Assembly: GCA_030324005.1 (NCBI GenBank)
Contig: JARDVH010000154.1
Span: forward strand, 34,405,973 to 34,469,972
DNA from: Negaprion brevirostris
Taxonomy: Eukaryota
Length of the DNA: 64,000 nt
Direction of reading: 5' to 3'
Positions 53,392-64,000 of the stretch are shown here, piece after piece; positions within the stretch are counted from its first letter, which is position 1, and each line of letters begins with the position of its first letter. The notes under the pieces were generated by a model that made no database searches, was not told where the DNA came from, and worked only from the letters and a program-made list of their open reading frames with translations. The position numbers and the translations under genes were made by a program.

Positions 53392-53716
53392 ATCATAATA
53401 GAACCCTACAGTGCAGAAAGAGGCCCTTCGGCCCATCGAGTCTGCACCGACGACAATCCCACCCAGGCCCTACCTCCACGTATTATTATCAGCTAACCCT
53501 TCTAACCTAAGCATCTTAAGACACTAAGGGGCAATTTTAGCACAGCCAATTAACCTAACCCACACATCTTTGGACTGTGGGAGGAAACCAGAGCACCCGG
53601 AGGAAATCCACACAGACAGGAGAACGTGCAAACTCCACACAGATAGTGACCCGAGCTGGGAATCGAACCCAGGACCCTGGAGCTGTGAAGCAGCAGTGCT
53701 AACTACTGTGCCACCC
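53392..53716 (-). mobile_element. HE1 V-SINE inserted in the CR1 RT region
   Basis: Interrupts VERGEL|VDVVYL. Confidence 0.9.
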
Positions 53717-54246
53717 TAATTTGTAGATGTGGTGTACTTAGAATTCAAAGAGAATTGGCAATGTGCCACCTAAGAGGCTGGTGCACAAAGTAAAAGCCCA
53801 TCAAATTGATGGAAGCATGTTAGCATTGGATTGAACCTGTCATACAGAAAACAGAGTTGGAATAAATGGGTACTCTTCAGAGTGGAAAGATGTAACTAAT
53901 GGAGTGTCACAGGGATCAGTTCTTGGCCCCCAGTTGTTCACTATTTATATTAATGAACTGGTGGAAGTAACAGAATGTGAGGTTTCCAGAGTTGTTGATG
54001 GTATGAAGATAGGTGGAAGGGCATATTGTGATGAGGATATTGAACCTGCAGCAGGAGAGAGGTAGATTGGGTGACTGGGTGAAAATCTGGCAAATGGAGT
54101 TTAATATGAAGAAGTGTGAGTTCATGCACTTCAGTAGGAGAAATCAAAAGGCAGATTATTATCTAAATGGAGAGACACTGCAGGTGAGGGATCGAGGTGT
54201 TTTAGTGCATGAATCATAAAAAACGAGCAGGCAGTTCCACAAGTTG

Positions 54247-55060
54247 AGTCATAGAAGTTTGTAGCATTGAAACAAGCCCTTTGGCCCAACTTGTCCATGC
54301 CACCTTTTCTTTTGAAAACCCCTAAGCTAACCCCAATTGCTGGCATTTGGTCCCTATCCTTCTGTACCCACTATACCCATGTAACTGTCTAAATGCTTTT
54401 TAAAAGGCAAAATTGTACCCCCCCTCTACTACTACTCCCCACCTTCTGTGTGGAAAAACTGCCCCTCTGGACACTTTTGTATCTCTCCCCTCTCACCTTA
54501 AACCTATGTCCTCTAGTTTTAGTCTCCCCTAACTTTGGCAAAAGTTATCAACTGTCTAGATGATCTGTGCCCCTCATTATNNNNNNNNNNNNNNNNNNNN
54601 NNNNNNNNNNNNNNNNNNNNNNNNNNNNNNNNNNNNNNNNNNNNNNNNNNNNNNNNNNNNNNNNNNNNNNNNNNNNNNNNCATTTGGCCCATATCCCTCT
54701 ATACCCATCGTACCCATGTAACTGTCTAAATGCTTTTTAAAAGATAAAATTGTACCCACCTCTACTACTGCCTCTGGCAGCTTGTTCCAGACACTCACCA
54801 CCCTCTGGGTGAAAATATTTCCCCTCTGGACACTTTTGTATCTCACCCCTCTCACTTTAAACCTGTGCCCTCTAGTTTTAGACTCCCTTACCTTTGGGAA
54901 AAGATATTGACTATCTACCTTGTCTATATCCCTTGTTATTTTGTAGACTTATAAGGTCACCCGTCAGTCTCTTACGCTCCAGAGAAAAAACATCCCAGTC
55001 TGTCCAGCCTCTCCTTGTAACTCAATCCATCAAGTCCCGGTAGCATCCGAGTATATTTTT
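54247..55060 (-). mobile_element. Two CR1 3'-end copies separated by an N gap
   Basis: FTQRVVSVWNKLPEAVVEVGTILSFKKHLDSYM motif. Confidence 0.85.
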
Positions 55061-55299
55061 TCTAATTGGTTAAAAAGACAAACATTTTGGCCTTTATTGC
55101 AAAGAGGTTGGAGAAGAAAAATAGAGAGGTTTTGTTGCATTTGTACAGTGTTGATGAGACTTCACCAGGAATATTGCGTGCAGTCTTGATCCCCTTACCT
55201 GAAAAAAAAACTTAGTAACATTGGAGGCAGCCCAAAAGAGATTCACCAGGCTAAATCCTGAGATGAGAGGGTTGTCCTATCAAGAGAGACCAAATAGTC

Positions 55300-55582
55300 T
55301 AGAATCATACAGTCCAGAAGGAGGCCATTTGGCTCATTGAGTCTGCACCGACCACAATCCCACCCAGACCCTATGCATTTATCCAACCTGTTCCCCCTAA
55401 CACTAAAGGGCAATTTTTTTTTTTTAGCATGGCCAGTCCACCTAACCCGCACATCTTTGGACTGAGAGGACACTCACGCAGACACAGGGAGAATTGTGCA
55501 AACTCCACACATAGTGACCCAAGCCGGAATCAAAGCTGAATCTCTGGCGCTGTGAGGCAGCAGTGCTAACCAGTGTGCCACC
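55300..55582 (-). mobile_element. HE1 V-SINE inserted in CR1
   Basis: HE1 tail, core and head; the host CR1 resumes at ~55590. Confidence 0.88.
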
Positions 55583-56460
55583 TGTCTGCGTCTATATTCC
55601 TTGGCGTTTAGAAATGTGTGGAGTGACCTTATTCAAACAAATAAGATCCTGAGGGGGCTTGACTGGGTAGATGGTTTTCACTAGGGGGTGAGTCTCAAAT
55701 GTAGCTACAGGATAAAGCACCAGTCATGTGAAACTGAGGTGCATAGAAAGTTATTCTTGCAGGGTGTGGTGAATCTCTGGAAATCTCTGCCCCAAAGGAT
55801 GGTGAAGGCTGGATTATTAGAAATATTCAAAGTGGAGATGGATAAATATTTGATAGATCAAGTATTAGAGGGCTATGGGGAAATGGCGCAGCAAAGGAGG
55901 TGAGGCTCGCATAGCTCAGCCATGATCATTTTGAATGACAGGGCAGGCTTGAAGGGCATGGTGGCCTACTCATGCTTCTAGTTCTTGTGTTCTGCCTTTG
56001 ATAATTTCTCCCTAAATATCGCCACCTTCAAAAACCTATCTAGGACTTGTTTCTTCGATCAAGCTTTCAGCCCACTCAACCGCAAACCCATCCCACCCTC
56101 CCTTATCTGAGTTTCCATGCTTCTAGTTGTGAAATTCAGTGGGATGTCTCTTCAGCTTAAAGACGATATGTGGTGTGCAGGATAGGGGAGAAGGAGGAAG
56201 AAATTCCTTCTCCTCTCTTTGGTGATGGAAATCATCATTCTTGTTTTTGTAGAAGATATAAAAACTGAAAGTGGATGCTGTTGGGTGAAATTTAGAGATA
56301 TTTTTCTGCATTACTTGAATGTTTCTGTTTGTGTTGACAGGATGAAGCATTGATTCTGAGGAAATGTACTTTGTGTGAACATTATGGCAGATATTACTTG
56401 TATGTGCTCTCTCAGCTGTGTAATGTCCTGAAAGCTGCATCATTGTGGCTGCTGGGTTTC

Positions 56461-56800
56461 CATAGAGTCATAGAGGTTTACAGCATGGAAACAGGCCCTT
56501 CGGCCCAACTTGTCCATGCCACCTTTTTTTTAAACCCCCATGCTAATCCCAATTGCCTGCATTTGGCCCATATCCCTCTATACCCATCGTCCCCGTGTAA
56601 CTGTCTAAATGTTTGTTAAAAGATAAAATTGTACCCTCCTCTAATACTACCTCTGGCAGCTTGTTCCAGACAGTCACCACCCTCTGTGTGAAAAAAAATT
56701 GCCCCCTCTGGACACTTTTGTACCTCTCCCCTCTCACCTTAAACCTGTGCCCTCTAGTTTTAGACTCCCCTACCTTTGGGAAAAGATATTGACTATCTAG
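56461..56800 (-). mobile_element. CR1 3'-end copy
   Basis: catagagtcatagaggtttacagcatggaaacagg tail; LFPKVGESKTRGHRFKVRGERY. Confidence 0.88.
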
Positions 56801-56903
56801 NNNNNNNNNNNNNNNNNNNNNNNNNNNNNNNNNNNNNNNNNNNNNNNNNNNNNNNNNNNNNNNNNNNNNNNNNNNNNNNNNNNNNNNNNNNNNNNNNNNN
56901 TCC

Positions 56904-56943
56904 ATTCACCTGACGAAGAGGGAAACCTCGAAAGCTTGTGAGT
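56904..56943 (+). ncRNA. Minimal type I hammerhead ribozyme motif in a Penelope-like repeat
   Basis: attcac-CTGACGA-A-GAGG(GAAA)CCTC-GAAA-GC-T-T-gtgagt: both core boxes intact, stem II with GNRA loop, stem I attcac/gtgagt, one-bp stem III with palindromic AGCT. Confidence 0.75.
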
Positions 56944-57275
56944 TTACTATCAAATAAATCGGTTGGACTTAAACCTGTTGTTGTCAGACTTCTTGCTGTG
57001 TTCACCCCAGTCCAACGCCGGCATCTCCACATCATGGTCCCAGGTTGGCCAGCTATCAGGCTGGCCAGCAAACAGGAGTCTAGACAGTTTGGGGCCAGTG
57101 CGCATGCGTAGAGCTCCAGAACTGTGAAACTCCGGCGCAAAAAGACCCCACCGCTGCCCCCGCCCCCACTCCGGGGTTTTTAATGAGATTCCCGACTGGG
57201 ACCTCTGCAGTGCATGGAGTTTGGAGATTCAGGTGAGAAGCTGGACTGACAGAACATTCGATATTTAGAACAGTT

Positions 57276-57870
57276 ATAGAGTCATAGAGGTTTACAGCAT
57301 GGAAACAGGCCCTTCGGCCCAACTTGTCCATGCCACCTTTTTTTAAACCCCTAATCTAATCCCAATTGCCCACATCCCTCTACTGCCATTTTACCCATGT
57401 AACTGTCTAAATATTTTTTAAAAGACAAAATGGTACCCACCTCTACTACAACCTCTGGCAGCATGTTCCAGACTTTCACCACCCTCTGTGTGAAAAACTT
57501 GGCTCTCTGGACACTTTTTTTTTTGTATCTCTCATCTCTCACCTCTCATCTTAAACCTATACCCTCTAGTTTTAGACCCTCCTATCTTTTCCTAAAGATA
57601 TTGACTATCTAGCTAACCTGTGCCCCTCATTATTTTATAGACCTCTTTAAGGTCACCCCTCAGCCTTCAACACTCCAGAGAAAAAAGTCCCAGTCTATTA
57701 GAACATAAGAAATAGGAGCAGGAGTAGGCCATCTAGCCCTTCGAACCTGCCCCGCCATTCAATAAGATCATGGCTGATCTGAAGTGGATCAGTTCCACTT
57801 TCCCGCTTTCTCCCCATAACCCTTAATTCCCCTGTCTATCAGAAATCTACCTACCCATGACTTAAACAAA
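57276..57870 (-). mobile_element. CR1 3'-end copy followed by a tail of a second CR1 subfamily (from 57700)
   Basis: Same tail as 56461, then agaacataagaaataggagcaggagtaggcc. Confidence 0.88.
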
Positions 57871-60229
57871 TTCGCAAATGTAGCTGCATTCACTATTCCT
57901 CTTGTTGAACTCTATGGGTCATTTTGGGCAAAAGTCTTCAGTGTGTTCGCAGAAGAAAGGTTATGTGAGGTACTCATTATAATTTTACATAATTCCTTAC
58001 AATATTATAAACTTCAGAACTGGCCAGTGAGATTTTTCTTTGGGTCTTGCCTGGTAATTGTCACCTTTGCAAAAGCAGTCTGTAATCGATGATGCATATG
58101 AATGTTTAGGAGAATGAAACCTCTGCTGCTATCCTGTTACAAGAATTTGAATTGTACATTCCTCCAGGTTGTTCCCGTTCAGCTAGCCTTCTGTAGCTGA
58201 CCCCTGCATTGGCTGTCTCAAGACAAACTGAGTGACTCCATACTTGGCACAGTGCGCTGGCAAACTGCATGCATATGTCCCACTAGTACTGCAGAATGTA
58301 CTGTGAGGAGCAATACATAAACATAAGTTCACACTGCGATCTAACCTTTTAACTTGATTTTAAACTTGTAATTATTTTGCAATCACTTTTATTCCTCAGT
58401 TGTTAGTATTCGTAGAGTAGAAGGTGCTGCGATATTGTCACTTCGGCAATGATTACTTTGGAACTTGCTTTGATAGACCTGACGTAAATCATGAATATCA
58501 AATCTTGAAAAGTCCACTCTGCCCATTCTGCCAATCTCAGTGATAAGAGTTGTTTTATACATATTTAAAAATGATTGCAAGAATACTTATCAAACCGTGT
58601 AACTTTCCCATTGATTAAATGGTACATTTCCAACAATTACAGTTCTTGTAATGTCACAGGCATTCTGCAGATTATAAATGCTAATGGGTTACTTGAAGTT
58701 TGGATTATTTTTAAATTTCCATTGTAGTGTGTAGAAAAAAATCTTGCCCAATTGCCAAGATGGGTGTGAGAATGTAACTTGGCTTTTATTTGTGTTTGTT
58801 CAGCATTCAGTTGAATTTTACCCCCCCCTCACTTCTGTCATAGCCCTTTTCTGTATCTGTGTTGGCAGCCAGTTGGAAGCATGTCAGTCTCTTTTTATCT
58901 AAGGTGTGGTCCCTGGGAACTGAGGAGCAGACAGCAGAACTGTGAGAAACACAAGGCCTGTCTGCTTCTATCAGGGAGCAGAGAATTAAATGAAGTCAGA
59001 ATCTCTTGTAGTTAAACCTCCATGGCAGGCTGGAATATTCTTGCCAATATACATCTGGCTATTAGATTGAACAGTCTGACAACAGGAATGCACGTGTTAC
59101 ACTTGTTTCCCTTTTGAAAGGGAAATCCCTAGCTATTGGTTTGGATTTGGAATCAGATGGCTCCGATCTATCGATTTGATGAGTAGATCTTGGTTCCCAC
59201 GCCACAGATTTAATCATCAATTCCAAAGTGGCTTCCTCCAGATAGAAAACATCTGTGTCCTTGGGGTGTTTTTGCAACTTCAGAAATGATCTAAACTGTA
59301 AACTATATAAACAACAGATAGCGTCTAACCACAATTAGATGGCCACAGCAAACTTTGCTGAATGCATGCAGAAGACTCATTTCATGTTTTCTCTGGTTAA
59401 CAAGTGTCTGCAGTAAAGGTGTTTCAGATTTTGTTCCTGTCTTTTTTTGAATGGAAGGAGATATTCTTGCCGGCTCTATCATTCTGCATTGTTGTTATTT
59501 CTGTGACCCTGCTGAAGGGTCACTATTGCGGTAACTATAAATACTAACGTTTTGAGGAATAAAAGTGATTGAGAAATAATAGCTCAAGTAGAAAACCAAG
59601 CTTAAAAAGTTAGAGCACAGTGTGACCTGATGTTTATGCATTGCTCCTAGCAGGACTCTTGTGAGAGAATCCATGCAGACTTGATGGATCGGATAGCCTC
59701 TTCTGCGCTGTGGATATCCTATCCTATGAAAAGGAGATTCTGCTGTACTGCTGGGGTGTTGAATGTGGTTTGTCAGTGCACTCTGCCAACTATGGAGCCA
59801 CTTGGAGCAACCAATGCAGGGGTCTGTTACAAGAGACTTTCCTGAATGGCAGCAGCTCCATCAATGATTATTGTCATACAGCCTCCTTATCAGGTAGCAG
59901 TAAAGTTGAGCTCTTGGGAGACCCCATGCTCAGTATACACAGGGGCATGCTGTGCCAGTATTGTAGTCATGCAGCAGTCATCTCTTATCTCATAAAGCCC
60001 CAGAACCTGCGGCAGTTTGCTTTTTCACCAGTTAAAAAGGTTTGCGATTATTTCTGCTGAATGTGATCAGCCGCCAAATCCCCGTAGAAATTCTTTCTTT
60101 AAGCGTTGACTCCAACTCAACTCTTGATCTTACAGAGCAATGGGCTTCAGTTTTCAGTTGTAACTGATTCCCTGGAAGGATCAGATAGTGAACTGGGTTC
60201 AGGCTGACAAAGTAGCAGTCAACCTTTGT

Positions 60230-60890
60230 ATTTCTTCATTCGTTCAAGGGATGTGGGCATCACTGGCTCGGCCAACATTCATTATCCATCCCTAATTGCC
60301 CTTGTGAAGGTAGTGGTGAGCTGCCACCTTGAACCACTGCAATCCATANNNNNNNNNNNNNNNNNNNNNNNNNNNNNNNNNNNNNNNNNNNNNNNNNNNN
60401 NNNNNNNNNNNNNNNNNNNNNNNNNNNNNNNNNNNNNNNNNNNNNNNNGTGAAGGTAGTGGTGAGCTGCCACCTTGAACCACTGCAATCCATATGATTAT
60501 AGGTACCAGAATTTTGACCCAGTGATAGTGAAGGAATGATGATACATTTCTAAATCAGGATGGTGAGTGGCTTGGAGGGGAACTTGAAGACGGTGATATT
60601 CTCTTGTATCTGCTGTCCTTGTTCTTCTTGATGGTAACAATCGTGAGTTTGGAAGCTGCTGTCTAAGGAGCCTTGCCGAGTTCCTGCAATATGTCTTGTA
60701 AATTATACACACTCTTGCTACTGTTTGTTGTCGTTGGTGGTGGTGGGAGTGAATGTTTGTGGCAGGAGTGTCANNNNNNNNNNGTCCTGGATGATGTCAA
60801 GCTATTTGTGTGTTTTGGAGCTGCACCCATCCAGTCAAGGTGAGAATATTCCACCACACTCCTGGCTTGTGGACAGGTGTTGGGGAGTCA
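60230..60890 (-). mobile_element. LINE 3' region (family of 5790-6310)
   Basis: cattcgttcaagggatgtgggcatcactgg...tcctggatgatgtcaagct. Confidence 0.75.
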
Positions 60891-60899
60891 ACCTTTGTT

Positions 60900-61320
60900 C
60901 CTAAGATAAGCCCTTTGTCCCAGGAAGAAAATTGTGTGAACTTCCTTAATTGCTGACATAGTTATATCCTCCTTCAAATAAGGAGATCAAAATGTACACA
61001 ATACATCAGATGCAGTCTCGCCAAAGCCGTGTACAGCTGCAGTGAAACATTACAAGTTTTATATAACGTTACCCTTGCAATAAACACCAACATTTCTTTT
61101 GCTTCCCCAATCACCTTGCTGTACCTGCGTTCTAGCATTTTATGATACATGTACCAGGGCACCCAGATCCCTCTGTACCATTCAACAGTCTGTGTGTGTC
61201 TCTCTCTCACTCGTGTACTGCTTTTCTATTTTCCTGCCAAAATGGACAAGTTCATACATTCCCACATTATTCTCCATTGTTTATCTGCTCACTTAACCTG
61301 TCTATATCTCTTTGTAGATA
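60900..61320 (-). mobile_element. CR1 ORF2 fragment
   Basis: LQLYTALARLHLMYCVHF motif. Confidence 0.75.
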
Positions 61321-62678
61321 ATTTGATGGATGAAGTATTTGTGGAAGGCAGTTGAGATTATGCAGTATGTTAGCAGCCCTAGTATCAATGCTAAAGGTGG
61401 TATTAAAGCACTGTAACTGATTAGCAGCCTGGACTATTAACTTTGCTTGGAAACTCTGTAATTTCACCTTTTACATGATTAATAATTTCTTTGATAGGGA
61501 GCATTTCATAAATGTTTCCTTGTCTTCAACTTTGATTAAGTTGTTGGAAGTGCAGAAATACTTGATGTCCAGTTTTGCAGCATTCTGCACCCCCTGCTGG
61601 GCAGTCCTGGTGTCTCTGTCAGTTCTTCACACCACAGCACAAGCATCTCACGGGCTGCCACTGTTGAACGTTGCCCTCTTTCTTTCAGTTGGGTTGATGG
61701 GTTTTTTTTTACGGGCAGGATTGCTGTCTGTGAGTCAATCCAATCAACTGAGTCATGTGAAGCCTCACAGTTGTGTTGAATTAGAGACTGGTTGAATTCT
61801 CTAAGCTCAACATGTCTCACATATTGTATTGCTTTTTCAAAAGTAAAATCATCTTTGGTATGCAGAGAGGCGGAGAGATTTTTGTCTCGACTCCTATGAC
61901 TATGCGAATGCGGGTTAGCTCATCCTTCAGCACCACTTGTCCACAAGATCTAGCTAGGTGATGCAGATTGGTGCAAATAACTCGATCGATTCCCCAAGTT
62001 GTTGGGTCCCAACCAAACCTCCATTGGTTAAAACATACCTGCTCCGTGATTTAAGTTTTTTGTTGCAGGCTAACATAGGTGTCCAAAGGCTTTGATGGAC
62101 CCTCCATTTCCTGTCTCAGGAGAACATTGCCACTGGAACTACAGCATAAAGAAAGAAACTGACTTGATGCTGTTGCTGTATAGCATGATGCTGTTCGACA
62201 TTGAAGGAAATGGTATTTCCAAAGCTGTCTATGGACACTCGTAGTCAAATGGGCAGGGTAGGGGCAGAGAGACTGTTCAGCAGGTATGGTCATCACTATG
62301 TCTCTCCAGTTTGCCATGTCCTTCCCTTCAGTCATAAGTATAAGCTGCTATCATGTTTTCTTTCATTCTAGGGTTCCTTCAATAACATCGATGTCCCCAC
62401 TGCTGCCATCATGTTCTGAGATGGTCTTTATCGGTGGACCCCAGACATGGTACCTGATTACCAGTGGGACTGCACCATATTCTGGTAGTTGGTTAACGCT
62501 TGTGTCTTTGTACCTCTTCTATATAGCTTATGGAGTAGGCACGTTGCTCCTGGCATGGTGTTCTAACCTCTCTTTCCTGTTCTTGCAAGGGGCAAATGGG
62601 GTCCACTCCTGTTCACCCATCCTCAGCCCCAACCCTCAACTAAGAGGACACATGATTGTGTCAATTTAGAAACGTACT

Positions 62679-62932
62679 AAAGTTGATTTATTCGTGTCAT
62701 ACGTAGGCTTACATTAACACTACAGTGAAGTAACTGTGACAATCCCCTAGTCCCCACATTCGGCGTCTGTTCAGGTACACCGAGGGAGAATTTAGCATGG
62801 CCAATGCACCTAACAAGCACATGTTTCGGACTGTGTGGGAGGAAACCGGAGCACCTGTCGGAAACCCACGCAGATACGGGGAGAACGTGCAGACTCCGCA
62901 CAGACAGTGATCCAAGCCAGGAATCGAACCTG
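62679..62932 (-). mobile_element. Alternative-tail HE1-headed SINE, 5'-truncated
   Basis: gtaggcttacattaacactacagtgaagt...gttcaggtacaccgagggagaatttagcatgg plus HE1 core. Confidence 0.85.
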
Positions 62933-63506
62933 CCAATAGGAGATGAAATATCGAAAGAAACGGCTGGAGGGAGAGAGAGAGAAAATGGGAGAGACAGAGA
63001 CTGGGAAATGTCTGCACCCTGCGTTCCCCAGCATCAGGAGGAGTGAACTGGCTCATATAAATTTTATTCCAGGGACATGAAGGTGGAGAAAGTGTCACCT
63101 CCCTTACTACAATCATTTATAACGTTTTATAAAATCCTACAACAATTGACAGGCCTTAAAAATTAGCCCAGTTCAGTACAATGTATTTCCTCTTAATAAT
63201 TGGTGAATGAAATGTACTTAACTGTGTAGAAAAAAATTCTGTAGCTTATGCAGATAAATCATAAATGCCGTCCTAACACATGCTCTGTGCATGATGACCT
63301 CAGTGGTGCCCGTCAGCTTTTTTGTTGCGTAGTGTGGTACAAAGATGAAACTTTTGTCTATGGTGAGCACAATGGCAGTATGCTGAGTTAAATTGCCATA
63401 AACACAGAGGCTTCATCTCATCAAATGGGGATATATTTTCAGATCCTCTAACTGCCAAGAAATAAATTCGCTCTTCTGAAGGTGCTCAATACTAGGGGAG
63501 TTTTAC

Positions 63507-63645
63507 GGGCGGGATTTTGCTGCTGCGCTAGCCCGAGAACGGAAAAATCCCACCCACAATCAACGTGCCTTTTGTATAGTCCATGCCCCCCCGCGAACGC
63601 CTGCCTGCTATGATTCCGATGGCGGCCAAATGGGAAATCACCCCC
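63507..63645. mobile_element. MITE-like element with GGGCGGGATTTT-type termini
   Basis: gggcgggatttt ... gaaatcacccc; internal similarity to 15460-15560. Confidence 0.5.
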
Positions 63646-64000
63646 AACCCCTCCACGTGTTGGTGAGTGATATGTGGAGAAAAAAGATAGTTGTTATTAT
63701 CAGGATTGTATTGTCTGTAAGGGTGTCGGGAGAAGATTCAATAGTGACTTTCAAAAAGGAGTTGAGAAAATATTGATTTTATGAATTATGAGAACATAAA
63801 GAAGGGAACTGAGGCTAAATGGATAACTTTTTCAAAGAGCTGGCTATGATGCAATGGGCTGAATGGCCTCTTGCATGATTGCACAATTAGTGACCAGTCC
63901 AACCAAAACTCCATATCAATTGTTCACTATCTCCATTGGTGAGCGACCTCTATCAAAGTGCTCAGTAGAACTTCTTCAGTTCATTCAAACATTTTTTGAA

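Larger units (their letters stand above)
52170..55992 (+). mobile_element. Long decayed CR1 LINE (ORF2 endonuclease-RT to 3' tail) with three nested insertion sites
   Basis: PGPNELHARVLMEV, DWKTANLTPLFK, QHG, VDVVYLEF, GVSQGSVLGPQLF, WQMEFNMKKCEFMHF, VNLWKSLPQ; many stops and frameshifts. Confidence 0.92.

Noticed and set aside
56341-56619. Phase-0 acceptor (gttgacag|GAT) with an open frame, considered as the GOSR2 last exon
   Set aside because: No similarity to the GOSR2 C-terminus, and the frame runs into an antisense CR1 tail
60304-60493. Exact ~45-bp direct repeat on both sides of an N gap
   Set aside because: Typical unmerged contig overlap, not biological

Overview
This is AT-rich, repeat-dense vertebrate genomic DNA, almost certainly from a shark or other elasmobranch (abundant HE1-type V-SINEs and HER1/CR1 LINE tails), in a gapped draft assembly. 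The + strand carries four internal coding exons of GOSR2 (membrin, a Golgi Qb-SNARE): 24971-25035, 28622-28730, 30626-30758 and 39369-39509. I did not find its first or last (transmembrane) exon, so most of the window is probably GOSR2 intron. Two clean, consecutive exons of an SLC4A5/NBCe2-like sodium-bicarbonate cotransporter lie on the - strand (15001-15158, 14322-14409), with none of their neighbouring exons visible. Other notable items are an intact minimal hammerhead ribozyme motif from a Penelope-like repeat on the GOSR2 sense strand (56904-56943), a poly(A)-tailed element with a U2 snRNA stem-loop I head (about 47670-47875), two ~190-bp palindromes, and nested inverted SINE pairs on both sides of GOSR2 exon 2. 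All calls were made by eye; repeat boundaries are approximate and family names rest on recalled consensus sequences.
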